Positions 1 to 9,875 of a stretch of DNA of 64,000 nucleotides are shown here, piece after piece (position 1 is the first letter of the stretch; every line of letters starts with the position of its first letter). The notes below the pieces were generated by a model that saw only the letters and a program-made list of their open reading frames with translations, searched no databases and was not told the DNA's origin. The position numbers were made by a program, and so were the translations under genes. Source of the stretch: Pirellulales bacterium (GTDB lineage: Bacteria; Planctomycetota; Planctomycetia; Pirellulales; PALSA-1355); assembly GCA_963733035.1 (NCBI GenBank), contig CAVTBU010000007.1:192001-256000 (forward strand). Direction: 5' to 3'.

Positions 1-264
1 TGGGAACATTCGCCCGCTGGCCCGCTTATATTGGTCCAGGGCATGCATGAACTCGATTTCCGCGTCCGTGTAATCCCGTTCACAGGTTGTCGGATCGATC
101 TGACGTCGCCGATTCACTTTCTCGCGGCGTTCGCCAACGCGGCGTTCCTTGGCAACCGCCACAGCCTGCGCCTTGCGGCGGTCGGCCGTACGTCGTTCGC
201 CTCCCTTGCGGTTATCGATCGTGGCGACAGCGGAAACACGTTTCTTTGTGGTCGTCTTGGCCAA
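1..264 (-). CDS. Small conserved hypothetical protein with [DEN]RR repeats, truncated at the window edge (absent from the ORF track)
   Basis: Manual translation from TTG at 264, with GGAGGG upstream: [88 protein letters not shown]..., open to base 1. Confidence 0.85.
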   Translation of the reverse strand, partial: MAKTTTKKRVSAVATIDNRKGGERRTADRRKAQAVAVAKERRVGERREKVNRRRQIDPTTCERDYTDAEIEFMHALDQYKRASGRMFP

Positions 265-586
265 GGCAAAACCCTCCGGGTTCGGTAGTCTGGTGAATCT
301 TTGCCGATCCGATAAGAAAGGCAATCGGCATGCGGCAAGAAAAGAGTTCACGGCTACAGAAAAATGAAGGGATGTACCGGTTGTAGCGGTTAGCCAAGGA
401 TTGCCATCTTGCGGGTGAAAATGATGGCGTGCAGCGTCGGGCTGCGGGCGCGAAGACGCGGCCGGTCGCCCAGTCGGCGTTTTGCCGTGCCGACGGTATC
501 GTCCGTGTTAGCCGACAGGCCGCAGCCTTGGCAGAAGTGAATGCCTGTGGAGATCGCTGCCAGCGGAAGATCTGGCCCGCGCTATT

Positions 587-1287
587 TTACGACGCGTGGG
601 GTTGGGACTGTGCTGTAAACGTGATCGGCAAGGCTTTGAGCAACAGGTTCAACGTCTCGTTTACAGACTCTCGAACAGGGCGCAACCCTTCGCTAACTTG
701 CAGCGGCCAGAGCCCCGTCCCATCCAATGTAGGCGGTCCGGGCGGGCGAACTCCCCGCGGACCAGCCACACCAGGCATTCTTAAAACCACCGAGGCCAGG
801 CCTTGCCCGGTTTCCTTGGCCAACTCCTCATAACGGTCCGCGTTTTGGTCCAAATCGTTCATCGTCAGCAATAAAGGACCGACGACGGGAATGTCGTCCA
901 GCTTGGTCCACTGGACCGGCAGTTCGGGCGCGTTAACGGCGGGGGCGGGGCCCTGGGCCAGCTCCTGGGCCTGATGACCGCCTCGCGTGAGGAATACTGC
1001 CACCAGAACTGCCGCCGCGGTACTGAACGCCGCACCGGCAAATGCCAACCGTCGACGTGAGACGAGCGGTTTGATTTGGATTTCGTCAAGCACACGAGCT
1101 GCGAGATCGACCGGCGTCTGGGCGCGGCTAGCGCGAAAAAACCCTCGAACAACACGCCGTAGGCGGCTGCCAACTCGCGACATCCTCGGCAACGCTCTCC
1201 GTGACGTCGCAACTGTTCGTCCCACTCAGGACGCCGGCGCTCATCGAGGATTTCGTTCAGATGGGCTTCAAACTCTTCGCACTTCAT
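587..1287 (-). CDS. Zinc-binding (ZAS) anti-sigma factor, frameshifted near 1120
   Basis: N-terminus MKCEEFEAHL...HGERCRGC (HxxxCxxC) is in ORF 865..1287; the TM segment (AFAGAAFSTAAAVLVAVFL) is in ORF 587..1225. Adding one G to the GGG at 1120-1122 joins them (LAAP-QTPVDLAARV). Overlaps the sigma gene end. Confidence 0.85.
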
Positions 1288-1834
1288 TCCGCAACTCCTG
1301 TACGACTCCGCGTTGTGCTAATCGCGCGATCAACTCACGCCGCGCACGGTGTACCCAGGTCTTCACCGTTCCCAGCGGGCAATTCATCGCCTCACTGATT
1401 TCCGCGTAACTTAGTTCGTGTTGATGAAACAGCAGAAACGCCTGCCGGTACTCGACTCGTAGGGTTCCCAGCGCCAATTCCACTTCCTCGGCCAAATTCT
1501 TGGCTTCCGCCTGTTCAATCGCATTGTCACTTAACTGCTCAACCAGCGAACTGGTAGGCGGTTGCCGCATCCGTGACGACAATAATGTCCGGCAACGGTT
1601 TCCCGCGATTGCCATTAGCCACGGCAAAAACTCACGCTCCGGATCCCAGCGGTGCAGGCTGCGCAAAGCCCGCACAAACGTCTCTTGAGCCACATCCTCG
1701 GCGTCTTGACGATGCCGCAACATCCGGAAGCAAAGACCGAACACCTGACCGCGGTAGTAGTCGACCAGTTTCAGCATTGCCGCTTGGTCGCCGCGCAGGC
1801 TACGATCCACCAACTCACGTACGTCGTCCGACAA
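1268..1834 (-). CDS. ECF RNA polymerase sigma-70 factor
   Basis: Region 2 DAEDVAQETFVRA and WLMAIAGN; region 4 LSYAEISEAMNCPLGTVKTWVHRAR. Confidence 0.95.
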   Translation of the reverse strand: MSDDVRELVDRSLRGDQAAMLKLVDYYRGQVFGLCFRMLRHRQDAEDVAQETFVRALRSLHRWDPEREFLPWLMAIAGNRCRTLLSSRMRQPPTSSLVEQLSDNAIEQAEAKNLAEEVELALGTLRVEYRQAFLLFHQHELSYAEISEAMNCPLGTVKTWVHRARRELIARLAQRGVVQELRNEVRRV

Positions 1835-2038
1835 ACCGCTTCCTCTGGCTAGTGTTGGCGGTCAAAGGTGAATACCACGCCGACGGGGCCCAGGTTTCAG
1901 ACCCCGGGGTATCAGAAAGCGCTTCTGGCCGGCTATTTTACGGCAAACCGATCGGAAACGCTACAAAATCCACCCGGCGACGTGCCAGAATGCACTGCGG
2001 GCACGGGAATCGTCAGCAAGATACGTGAAGAATTGGCC

Positions 2039-2281
2039 CTAGCGGCGGACCGATTCGCAGATGTCGCGAAGTTCGCCCACCGACACGTCCTCGAGCCGCC
2101 GACCACGTTTATCCAGCTGTTCGTTGATCTTTGTGGCAGTTTCTTGCATGACTTCATGCGTTTCGCAGGATCCGCCGCACAGCACAAAGTTTTTGCCTCG
2201 CGTCAGGCGCGTCTGCCCGTCTTCGGCATCAAACGCCATTCCCACTAGCGTTGCTTTTGGTTTCTTTCCGGCAGCCCGCAT
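2039..2281 (-). CDS. Small conserved hypothetical protein (80 aa)
   Basis: Globular-looking sequence (GMAFDAEDGQTRLTRGKNFVLCGGS...HEVMQE); sigma70-like promoter just upstream. Confidence 0.75.
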   Translation of the reverse strand: MRAAGKKPKATLVGMAFDAEDGQTRLTRGKNFVLCGGSCETHEVMQETATKINEQLDKRGRRLEDVSVGELRDICESVRR

Positions 2282-2345
2282 CAGCTAGTCTCGCCTTAGA
2301 CGGATCGAAAAATCTTTGAACTTCGCCACATCATCCAGCTTACCA

Positions 2346-2375
2346 AGTATAAGGTGGCCGAATTTCAAGGGTCAA
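2346..2375 (-). promoter_or_regulatory. Sigma70-type promoter for the 2039..2281 gene
   Basis: Minus strand TTGACC-N18-TATACT, about 65 nt upstream of the ATG. Confidence 0.6.
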
Positions 2376-2475
2376 GGGCACCGTAAGCCCGCTTCCCCTT
2401 AAGGATTATCGGCCATCGAGGTGCCGTCAACCAGCGGCAAAACGCGGCGCGAGGATCGCGGGAGACGACCTGGCG

Positions 2476-2521
2476 AAAAAAAAAGGGTCCGGCTGGCACC
2501 CATCCTGCCAGCCGGACCCTT
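2476..2521 (-). terminator. Rho-independent terminator
   Basis: 16-bp perfect stem AAGGGTCCGGCTGGCA/TGCCAGCCGGACCCTT, 7-nt loop, 9-nt T tract on the minus strand. Confidence 0.85.
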
Positions 2522-2860
2522 CAACCGTGAAAAACTGGTGCGTCCCGAGGTGGGAAATCGTCGCCATACCCGGGCGACAACCGCTAAGGTTCACGGCTCG
2601 TCAATTTTCGTCAAACATGTCTTTGGCCCGCCAGGCGCGATGGATTTCAAGCGACCTCGCGGGCCAAACTGGGTCGAACATGTATGCCACCTGAAAAAGC
2701 ACGCGGCGTGCCGAAGCGGCCCGTGCCGCAGCCAAGTTTCGCCGATGCCGCAGCAACTTGCTTCTAATTCACAGCTTACCGCCCAAATAAATTCAAGAAT
2801 TCGAGTAAGGCCGAACACGGGTCATTGTAAAAATTGCACCGGTGCCCGGGAACGAGCGAT

Positions 2861-3298
2861 CTAGGTGGTCGGTGAATCGGAGAGCAGGCTGGTCGTGATG
2901 GCACGAAAGACAGGCCCAGCCGTTTCCATTTCGCGATCCTCGGCCTGACATAGCACCAGGCAGGTCACACCCGGCAGGCAAACGCCGCGAATCAGGGCCG
3001 TGTTGGTCAAATCGAGATAGAAGAAGTACACGTTATAGCCCTTGAGCGAGTACTCGCCAACTTCGTCTGCGGCGGGTTCCGCCTCGGCCCCCTCGTATTC
3101 AGTCTTCAACGACTGCATTGCCTCGATTGTGAGGGCATTGAGGTCAACCTGCGGCTCATAGAGCGCGATCGACCAGAACGCACCACCGGGGCTATAGACC
3201 GTCACCGACCGATTGCCCGCAATCGCATCCTGCTCGTCCAGCACCCAGTTGTCGGGATACATGAACCGTATCCCCATCTTGTCATAAACAGCAGGCAT
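2861..3298 (-). CDS. Hypothetical protein, PsbP/Mog1-like fold suspected
   Basis: N-terminal GIRFMYPDNW motif and C-terminal FRAITTSL helix resemble PsbP/DcrB-type proteins. Confidence 0.7.
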   Translation of the reverse strand: MPAVYDKMGIRFMYPDNWVLDEQDAIAGNRSVTVYSPGGAFWSIALYEPQVDLNALTIEAMQSLKTEYEGAEAEPAADEVGEYSLKGYNVYFFYLDLTNTALIRGVCLPGVTCLVLCQAEDREMETAGPVFRAITTSLLSDSPTT

Positions 3299-3506
3299 TG
3301 CGGTATTCGTGGCAGAAGGTTCGGGAATGGAACGCTAGCAGTATTCTAAGAAAGCGAGCGCGATCGAGCCAGAACCGCCGGAGTGTACGGCGCAGAGTGC
3401 CGTCATCTTGCCCCTTGCATGTCATTTTGCTACCGTTCCGAACCGCGCAACCGTCGAGCAGCAACTGCGGCGACCGACGAACCGCCGTTCTCATTTCTGT
3501 CTCGTT

Positions 3507-4403
3507 ATGACTCGCTCTCACCGCAGCACGCATTCCACTTTTGGCTGGATCGTCGTATGCGCATTCCTGGCGAGTTGTCGCTCACTCGACAAATCCCCCG
3601 TTTCGCAGTCGGTCGTGCACGGTCGCCAACTGACGCAACAGGGGGTCAATGCGATGGAGCGAGGTGACTGGCGGCGCGCAGAGTCCCTGCTCGAGAGGGC
3701 CGTGGTGACCAGCACTGCCGATGCCGACGCGCGCCGCAATTACGCTGAAACGCTCTGGCATCGTGGTGCCAGACAGGAAGCCCTCGAGCAACTTGAAGAG
3801 GCTCGCAAATTGGTCGGGTGTGACCCAGGCCTAACGATCCGAACCGGTGAAGCGTATTTGGAACTCGGCCAGGTGAACCTTGCCACTCAGATGGTCGACG
3901 AAGCCTTGCGCGTGGATCCGAAATACGCACCTGGTTGGTCCTTGCGTGGACGTGTAGCCCGCGCGACGGGACATCCTCGGGAGGCTCTGGTCGACTTCCA
4001 ACGTTCGCTCGGCTACGCCCCAGGCGACGAAAATGTGACCCTCTTGATTGCCGAAACCTATCGGCAGTTGAATCAGCCGGAACAGGCTCTGGTGGCGCTA
4101 CAGACTTTGGTCGACCGCTATCCGCCCGGCGAAGCGCCCCAACAAGTCCTGCATTTTGAGGGACTCGCGTTTGCGGCCCTGGGACGCCATGATGCCGCGG
4201 CCCGAATCCTGTCACAGGCCACGCAAAGACAGCGTCCAACGGCCGATTTATTATGCGATCTGGCCCAGGCCGAACTGTCCGCTGGTCATCTTCCGAGAGC
4301 ACAGTACGCCTTGCAGCAAGCGCTAACGCTGGACCCAAATCACGCCGGCAGTCAAGCACTGTCGGCGCGCATCGCCACGGCCGGAAAACCAATTGTGCGA
4401 TGA
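3507..4403 (+). CDS. TPR-repeat lipoprotein
   Basis: ATG 3507; lipobox-like FLASC; multiple TPR helix pairs (ALRVDPKYAPGW, ALTLDPNHAGS). Confidence 0.85.
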   Translation: MTRSHRSTHSTFGWIVVCAFLASCRSLDKSPVSQSVVHGRQLTQQGVNAMERGDWRRAESLLERAVVTSTADADARRNYAETLWHRGARQEALEQLEEARKLVGCDPGLTIRTGEAYLELGQVNLATQMVDEALRVDPKYAPGWSLRGRVARATGHPREALVDFQRSLGYAPGDENVTLLIAETYRQLNQPEQALVALQTLVDRYPPGEAPQQVLHFEGLAFAALGRHDAAARILSQATQRQRPTADLLCDLAQAELSAGHLPRAQYALQQALTLDPNHAGSQALSARIATAGKPIVR

Positions 4404-4630
4404 CGGGCCGTTCTCGGTCTGTTGCAATCGCTACGACCGGCCTCTGGCGCGGTTTGAATCCCGCGAGCCGGCCAATACCCCCCGAAACATTTGTCCTCGC
4501 AAACTTCGCGACCTAGGGTTTCTGTGTTCACTTTCGATGGGTGGCGGTGTGCGCTGCCCACAACGATCACGCCCGCCGCCGACCCTGCCTGCCCGTCGGC
4601 GATCCGAAAGTCCTACAAAAGGAACCCCGC

Positions 4631-4864
4631 ATGCCGACCGTAAGTCCGCCCGATGCGCCGTTTGTCGATCGCCGCAGTTACGACCCAGGCGTAGGATCGC
4701 CTGCCCGCGAGCGGCGTCAATTCGCCAACAGCCATGACGAGCTCTCGCCGGAAGCCCGCGAGTTGGCGCAGGCCATCGATCAATACAAGCTTGCGCATCG
4801 CCGCCGTTTCATCACCTACGAGGAGATGCTCGGCGTGGTGAAATCGCTTGGGTATCACAAATAA
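4631..4864 (+). CDS. Small conserved hypothetical protein (77 aa), paralog of the 1..264 protein
   Basis: AAGGAA RBS, ATG 4631; FVDRR..ERRQF..ELAQAIDQYKLAHRRRFITYEEMLGVVKSLGY. Confidence 0.85.
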   Translation: MPTVSPPDAPFVDRRSYDPGVGSPARERRQFANSHDELSPEARELAQAIDQYKLAHRRRFITYEEMLGVVKSLGYHK

Positions 4865-4912
4865 CGGGGGAAGCTGACGGCCATGGCGCGCCGTCGGCGA
4901 CCTTGCTGCCTG

Positions 4913-6715
4913 CTACTCTTCGCCGCCGGCCGTCCGAGCCTTGGCGACGTCGAATTCCGAGATTGCCGGCACGAGCATGGCGGTTGTGGCGAAACCGTAG
5001 GTGAAGACCGTCACCAGGAACACGCTCAACGTGTATTGCAGGAGAAAGCTCGTGATCGCCCAAAACGTGGCAATGGGGGCAAGCACCGATGCAATGCCGA
5101 TGGCCAGTGACGGGTTCCGCGAACCCAGTGCCGCGTAGAGCCCCACGCCGCCACCGAGCATGAACGCCAGGAACGGTTGAATTTGCACGTGGAACGATCC
5201 GCTGAAGGCGATCATCATCCGCATGCACGTGGCAATCCCCACGAACAGGAAAAAAACTGTGCCCAGGCTCACGCCAATGGCCACGCGCGAATTTCCATAA
5301 CTCATACCCGAGTGGACGCCCAGCATGGCCACGAAGGCATCCATCACAAGCAGTCCCACCAGCAGATAAACGAGGTTTTCGGTGCCAAGCGCGCCGGCGG
5401 TCCAAAGATAGATGCAGAGCGCAGGCGGCAGCAAAACCATTTCCTTGGTGTTGTAGAACACACCCCCAAGTTTGCCGAACACAAATTCCCGCGCCGACAA
5501 GTCCGTCACTAGCAGAAGGTCGAGCGCCCGGATGTCGCGTTCGGTCGTCACGGCTGTCACGGCCTGTGCGTTAATCAGCACCAGGCTGAGTACAAACAAG
5601 GGGACGAGCAGTAGGACGGCATTGATCGTGGTCAGGCCTTCTTCGCTGCGCATCGACAAATGCAAGGCGGCGGCTGCCAGTCCGATCAACGCCATGTAGC
5701 CCAGTCGTATTACGAGTACTTTGCGCCCGTAGGCCCAGGTTGTCATCTCTCGCCAGATGATCGGATTGTCCCAGACTTGGCGCGTTTTGCCTCCGGCTGA
5801 GTGCACATTGCGGGCGGTAAGTTTTCTGGCGGCCGCCGCGGATTCCTCGGTCAGCCCCCAAATGCTTTCCGGCTCTTCGGCTTCGGCCAAACGAGGGCGT
5901 ATTTCGCGCGACGGGTTCCAGACGCGCACCATCGCAACGGCGATCCCATTGAGCGCGAGCGTGACTACTCCGGCCAACAGCAAAAATCCGTTGATCGCAT
6001 TGCCGACATAGGGCAGGGTGTTCTGCTCGGCGACCAGCGGCCTCGTGGCCAACAGAATCGCTTGCCAGGGGCTGATCACGGCTCCCCAAACTTCGGTCGA
6101 GATGCCGCACCACGAATCGCCGAGCACGGCGCGGACGACCACCTCTCCCAAGGCCAGCCAAAACACTAGCGTCAGCACCGTCAGGGCAAGCGTTTGAAAT
6201 GTCTTCTCGCGCCACAGTGCCAATAGCGAACCGATGCTTCCCGAAACGACGGCCGTCGCCAACGTGACACCGAACACTCGCGCGATCTGCTCGAATGAAA
6301 CGCCTCCGAAGAGGGCCGAGAGCATGAATAGGGGCAACGCGGCCGCCAACAGCACGAGCCCCCCGAGCAAACTGGCTAGCAGCTTCCCCAGCACGAGTTC
6401 GCTGTTGGTGAGGCTCGTCAAGAGCAGCAGCACGAGCGTGCGGCGATCCTTTTCCTGGGTCACGGCACTGGCCGCCAGCAGCGCGGAAAAAAAGATCGTT
6501 AGCGCCATTTGCAGCGGCGCCAGGATTTGAAACAACATAGCGCCGAACCGCGCCATGTCGCCGACATTTCGTACGACTTGGGTACCGGCCAACAGCAACC
6601 AGGCGGTGCACATCAGCACCAGCAGTGCGGCCACGTACGCGGCCCTGGAAACATAAAGTCGGCCGCGACGGGGTGCGGTCACGACCTCGCGCGTAAAGAC
6701 GGGCCCGATGAGCAA
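4913..6715 (-). CDS. ABC-2-type transporter permease (duplicated membrane domain)
   Basis: About 12+ hydrophobic segments; two copies of the EKDRRTL..LLLT.L...ELVLGKL / ERDIRAL.LLLVTDLSAREFVFGKL motif. Confidence 0.85.
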   Translation of the reverse strand: MLIGPVFTREVVTAPRRGRLYVSRAAYVAALLVLMCTAWLLLAGTQVVRNVGDMARFGAMLFQILAPLQMALTIFFSALLAASAVTQEKDRRTLVLLLLTSLTNSELVLGKLLASLLGGLVLLAAALPLFMLSALFGGVSFEQIARVFGVTLATAVVSGSIGSLLALWREKTFQTLALTVLTLVFWLALGEVVVRAVLGDSWCGISTEVWGAVISPWQAILLATRPLVAEQNTLPYVGNAINGFLLLAGVVTLALNGIAVAMVRVWNPSREIRPRLAEAEEPESIWGLTEESAAAARKLTARNVHSAGGKTRQVWDNPIIWREMTTWAYGRKVLVIRLGYMALIGLAAAALHLSMRSEEGLTTINAVLLLVPLFVLSLVLINAQAVTAVTTERDIRALDLLLVTDLSAREFVFGKLGGVFYNTKEMVLLPPALCIYLWTAGALGTENLVYLLVGLLVMDAFVAMLGVHSGMSYGNSRVAIGVSLGTVFFLFVGIATCMRMMIAFSGSFHVQIQPFLAFMLGGGVGLYAALGSRNPSLAIGIASVLAPIATFWAITSFLLQYTLSVFLVTVFTYGFATTAMLVPAISEFDVAKARTAGGEE

Positions 6716-6884
6716 GTCCGCGGTCCTTAGAGAATTCGACGCTGACGAGGCCGTCCCTCGCCCTCAAACCGTTCATTATAGCCGGCAAACGGGGCAGGGC
6801 CGAGACCTGAAACGTCTCGGCCCTGCCGAAGCGGAAAAGCACGGATGGGAAAATGCTGGTGAGGCATTTTCCAACCGCCGAACG

Positions 6885-7301
6885 TCACGCTGCCTTCTTG
6901 GCTTTGACGTTGGATTTCTTCGCATCGCTCTTGGCTTCGCTAGGGCCATCCGTCGCAGTCTTTTCGCCGCTGCGCCGGGCAGCCGCGTCGGCACGCAGCT
7001 TCTCAACTTCCTGGCGCTGTTTGGCGGTCAGAACTTTTTCGATCGCCCCGTCCCGCTTTTCAATGAGCGTCTTGAGTTGCTGGCGAAGCTTTGTGATCTG
7101 CGGTGTATATTCATCCTGAATCGTGTAGATTTCCTCGCGTTGCTCGTCGGTCACCACCTGTGCATAGTAGTTCGGCAGTCGCTGCCGACGCGCTTTGTCC
7201 GCGGCTTTCTGCGCCGCGGCGCTCGATACGTAGCAGGCGGCCATGGCCAGCGGTGCCAAGGCCAACAGAGTCCAAAGCTTAACGCTTCCTACACGATTCA
7301 T
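6885..7301 (-). CDS. Exported helical hypothetical protein (Spy/CpxP-like features)
   Basis: Signal peptide (..SSAAA-QK), GGAG RBS, VTDEQREEI and VLTAKQRQEV LTxxQ-like motifs, Lys-rich tail. Confidence 0.75.
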   Translation of the reverse strand: MNRVGSVKLWTLLALAPLAMAACYVSSAAAQKAADKARRQRLPNYYAQVVTDEQREEIYTIQDEYTPQITKLRQQLKTLIEKRDGAIEKVLTAKQRQEVEKLRADAAARRSGEKTATDGPSEAKSDAKKSNVKAKKAA

Positions 7302-7523
7302 GATGGTGCTCCTTTCAGTGAGCTCGGTCTAATGGAAATATGTACACCCATACCAATGGGTAAGATAGTACCATGCATAGGGGGCATCCGCAAACCGGCC
7401 CCAAAATTTCCAAAACTCCAGGCGGCGACTTTAGATTTGGTATGAATTGCGGTCCTCCAGCAGACTCGGACTAAACTACCGATACGCGGAACCGTGGCCC
7501 TTGAAATCAACGGGAGTGGAAGA

Positions 7524-8927
7524 ATGGCAAGAATGATTCGGTGGATGATTGGCTTGGGCGGCTCCGTCCTTCTGGTAGCCTGCCAAAATGCCGTGGCCGA
7601 TCCGTTGAGTGCCGCCAACCTGACCGGACCAGCCGTTTCGGCAACCGCGCCCAACTATCAGGACGTGAATCAGGGAGCACAATTGTTTTCCCGGGGCGAC
7701 TTCGCCGGGGCGCTCGCTCGCCTGCAAGCAGCCAAGAAGGCCTCGCCCGAACTTCCGCCGGCCGACGCCATGATGGCCCAACTCCACTTTTCCGCAGGTC
7801 AGAATGCGGCAGGCTATGCGAGTCTGGAAAAAGCCATGCGGGACGCTCCCGACGATCCCGAGCCCTACGTGATGCTCATTGAGCGGGCAGCCGCCGAGGG
7901 CCGCTTGACCGAGGCCGACCTGCTCTATCCAGAAGCTCAAAAAAGACTAAAGGCATTCGCCGAGGACGAGCGACGCAAAAAGAATCTCGAGAGCCGCGTC
8001 TATCTGGTCGGGGCAGCCATCGACGAGTCGCAGCAAAAGTTCGCGCAAGCACAAGCCAAACTGGAAGCCCTGATCAAACTCGATGAGAACAACGCCGCCG
8101 CCCATCAGCGCCTGGGTCGCGTGCTCAACGCCGAAAGTGGCGCGGACTCTCAAAGACGTGCCTTTGCCGAGTTCGAACGCGCGGCGGAACTTGATCCGAA
8201 GGCCCTGCCCGCCGATTTGATGATGGCCATGTTGGCGAAGGAGCCATCCAGGGCGGAGCAGTGGATCAATCGCGCCGTACAGCAAAAACCCAACGACCTT
8301 CGTACGCAGTTGGGTGCCGCTGATTTCTGGCTGAAGCAGGGCAAGCTCGATACGAGTCGCGAGCACGTTGCCGCGGCATTGAAGCTCGACCCGACAGGAT
8401 TTGACGCCAACTTATTGGCGGGGCTGGAGGCAAATCTGTCGGGCGACTACACGCGCGCGATCGAGTACCTGTCGCTCGCGCACCTGTTGCAACCGTCGAA
8501 CCCCGCGGTCGTGAACCAACTCACATTTGCACTGCTGGAGTCGCCGAATGAGGCCGATCGGACGCGAGCGGTGCAGTTCGCGGAAATGAATGCCCGGATG
8601 CAGCCCGACAACATTGAACAACAGGCGGCGCTGGCCTGGGTTTACTTCCGGCAACAACGCATGGCCGATGCCGAACGGGCCTTCAAAGCGGTTTTCAATC
8701 GTCCGGCTGGCGCGCCGCTGAACGTAAGTGGCGACGCAAGCTTCATTCTCGCCACCATTGCCGCGGCGCAAGGGAATACGAAAGACGCGCTGCGGTTGCT
8801 TAAGCCAGTGCTCGACAGCAAACAGCTGTTTGTGTATCGCGCCAGGGCCGAAGAGTTGCAGGCGAAGCTCGCGAAAGACGCTCCGCCCTCGGCCGCAACG
8901 CCAAGCGGCACCGGTACGACGCCGTAA
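7524..8927 (+). CDS. Exported TPR-repeat protein
   Basis: Signal peptide followed by many TPR-like repeats; strong hairpin downstream. Confidence 0.85.
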   Translation: MARMIRWMIGLGGSVLLVACQNAVADPLSAANLTGPAVSATAPNYQDVNQGAQLFSRGDFAGALARLQAAKKASPELPPADAMMAQLHFSAGQNAAGYASLEKAMRDAPDDPEPYVMLIERAAAEGRLTEADLLYPEAQKRLKAFAEDERRKKNLESRVYLVGAAIDESQQKFAQAQAKLEALIKLDENNAAAHQRLGRVLNAESGADSQRRAFAEFERAAELDPKALPADLMMAMLAKEPSRAEQWINRAVQQKPNDLRTQLGAADFWLKQGKLDTSREHVAAALKLDPTGFDANLLAGLEANLSGDYTRAIEYLSLAHLLQPSNPAVVNQLTFALLESPNEADRTRAVQFAEMNARMQPDNIEQQAALAWVYFRQQRMADAERAFKAVFNRPAGAPLNVSGDASFILATIAAAQGNTKDALRLLKPVLDSKQLFVYRARAEELQAKLAKDAPPSAATPSGTGTTP

Positions 8928-8934
8928 GAGGCGC

Positions 8935-8980
8935 AAAAAAAGGTCATGGCAAGTCGATCCGTCGTCTTGCCATGACCTTT
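8935..8980. terminator. Probable bidirectional terminator
   Basis: 15-bp stem AAAGGTCATGGCAAG/CTTGCCATGACCTTT with an A tract before and Ts after, between convergent genes. Confidence 0.75.
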
Positions 8981-9121
8981 ATCCTGAAGCGGGGCGTGTC
9001 GCGCGTGCCCCGCCCTCCCGACGGGCTTCTACGGATTCTATCGACCGCCGCTCGAGGTCCTCTTGAATCGGTTTTTTGGCGCGTGCTAGCTACCGAGACT
9101 CTGCCGGCTGTTGTCGACGAT

Positions 9122-9154
9122 AAAAACAAAGGGCGGACCTTGCGGCCCGCCCTT
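9122..9154 (-). terminator. Rho-independent terminator of the Cys-rich gene
   Basis: Stem AAGGGCGG/CCGCCCTT followed on the minus strand by TGTTTTT. Confidence 0.55.
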
Positions 9155-9252
9155 GCGTTGGCTTGGCAATCGCCCCGTCTTGTCGCCTCTCCCGAAGGAC
9201 TCCAAGACGTGTCGCCCTACCACCTTCCGTTCTGTCGTCGTTGCACAGGAAC

Positions 9253-9633
9253 TTACTTGCAGTTGCAATCGGGACAACTTGTGTTGCTCACCGCTGCACA
9301 GCAATTCTTGCGGCCGCAGCCGTGATGATCCGACCAGTGGCTGTACCAGCCGACCTGCTTCCAATCGATGCAGGGCCCGCGCCAACAGGGGTCGCAGGGG
9401 GGTGGCGCCACGCCATAACAGTTCTGGCAGCCGCCGTATCCGACTTCGATCACGCCGCCGACTTGGCGTGCGTCGCCAAACCGCATGCCTGGCGGAGAGT
9501 TGCCCCCGTAGGGGTCGGCTTCAACATACAGCGCGCCGCTCCCTTGGTTGTACACCGGATATTCATCGGCCGCGTAACTTACCGCGGCCAGGCACAACAC
9601 AAGGCCACAGACGGCAAGTATCCATTTGCTCAT
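9253..9633 (-). CDS. Secreted Cys-rich small protein
   Basis: AGGAG RBS; signal peptide MSKWILAVCGLVLCLAAVSYA; 11 Cys in the last 58 residues. Confidence 0.85.
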   Translation of the reverse strand: MSKWILAVCGLVLCLAAVSYAADEYPVYNQGSGALYVEADPYGGNSPPGMRFGDARQVGGVIEVGYGGCQNCYGVAPPPCDPCWRGPCIDWKQVGWYSHWSDHHGCGRKNCCAAVSNTSCPDCNCK

Positions 9634-9875
9634 CGTGCGCTCCTAAAAAAACTCGTTGCTAGGGTGACTCCAAGGTGAAACATTCCCTACGCCGGTCGGA
9701 GTGCAAATCGCGGCACCGCGGAATCGGTTCGCGAGGGCCGTTTTTCGCGGCGATTCGCGGCGTCTATCCCGTCGCGGACCAACGGCTTAGCATCTAAAAT
9801 GGATGGCCGCCAAGGGGAGAACATTTTTTTCGCGGCCGGCATGCCGGGAGATTGAGGATCGTAAGGCCCGTAACG

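Noticed and set aside
5571..6842. 423-aa alternative-frame ORF over the ABC permease
   Set aside because: Arg/Ala-rich shadow ORF typical of high-GC DNA, with no motifs; the permease frame explains the region.
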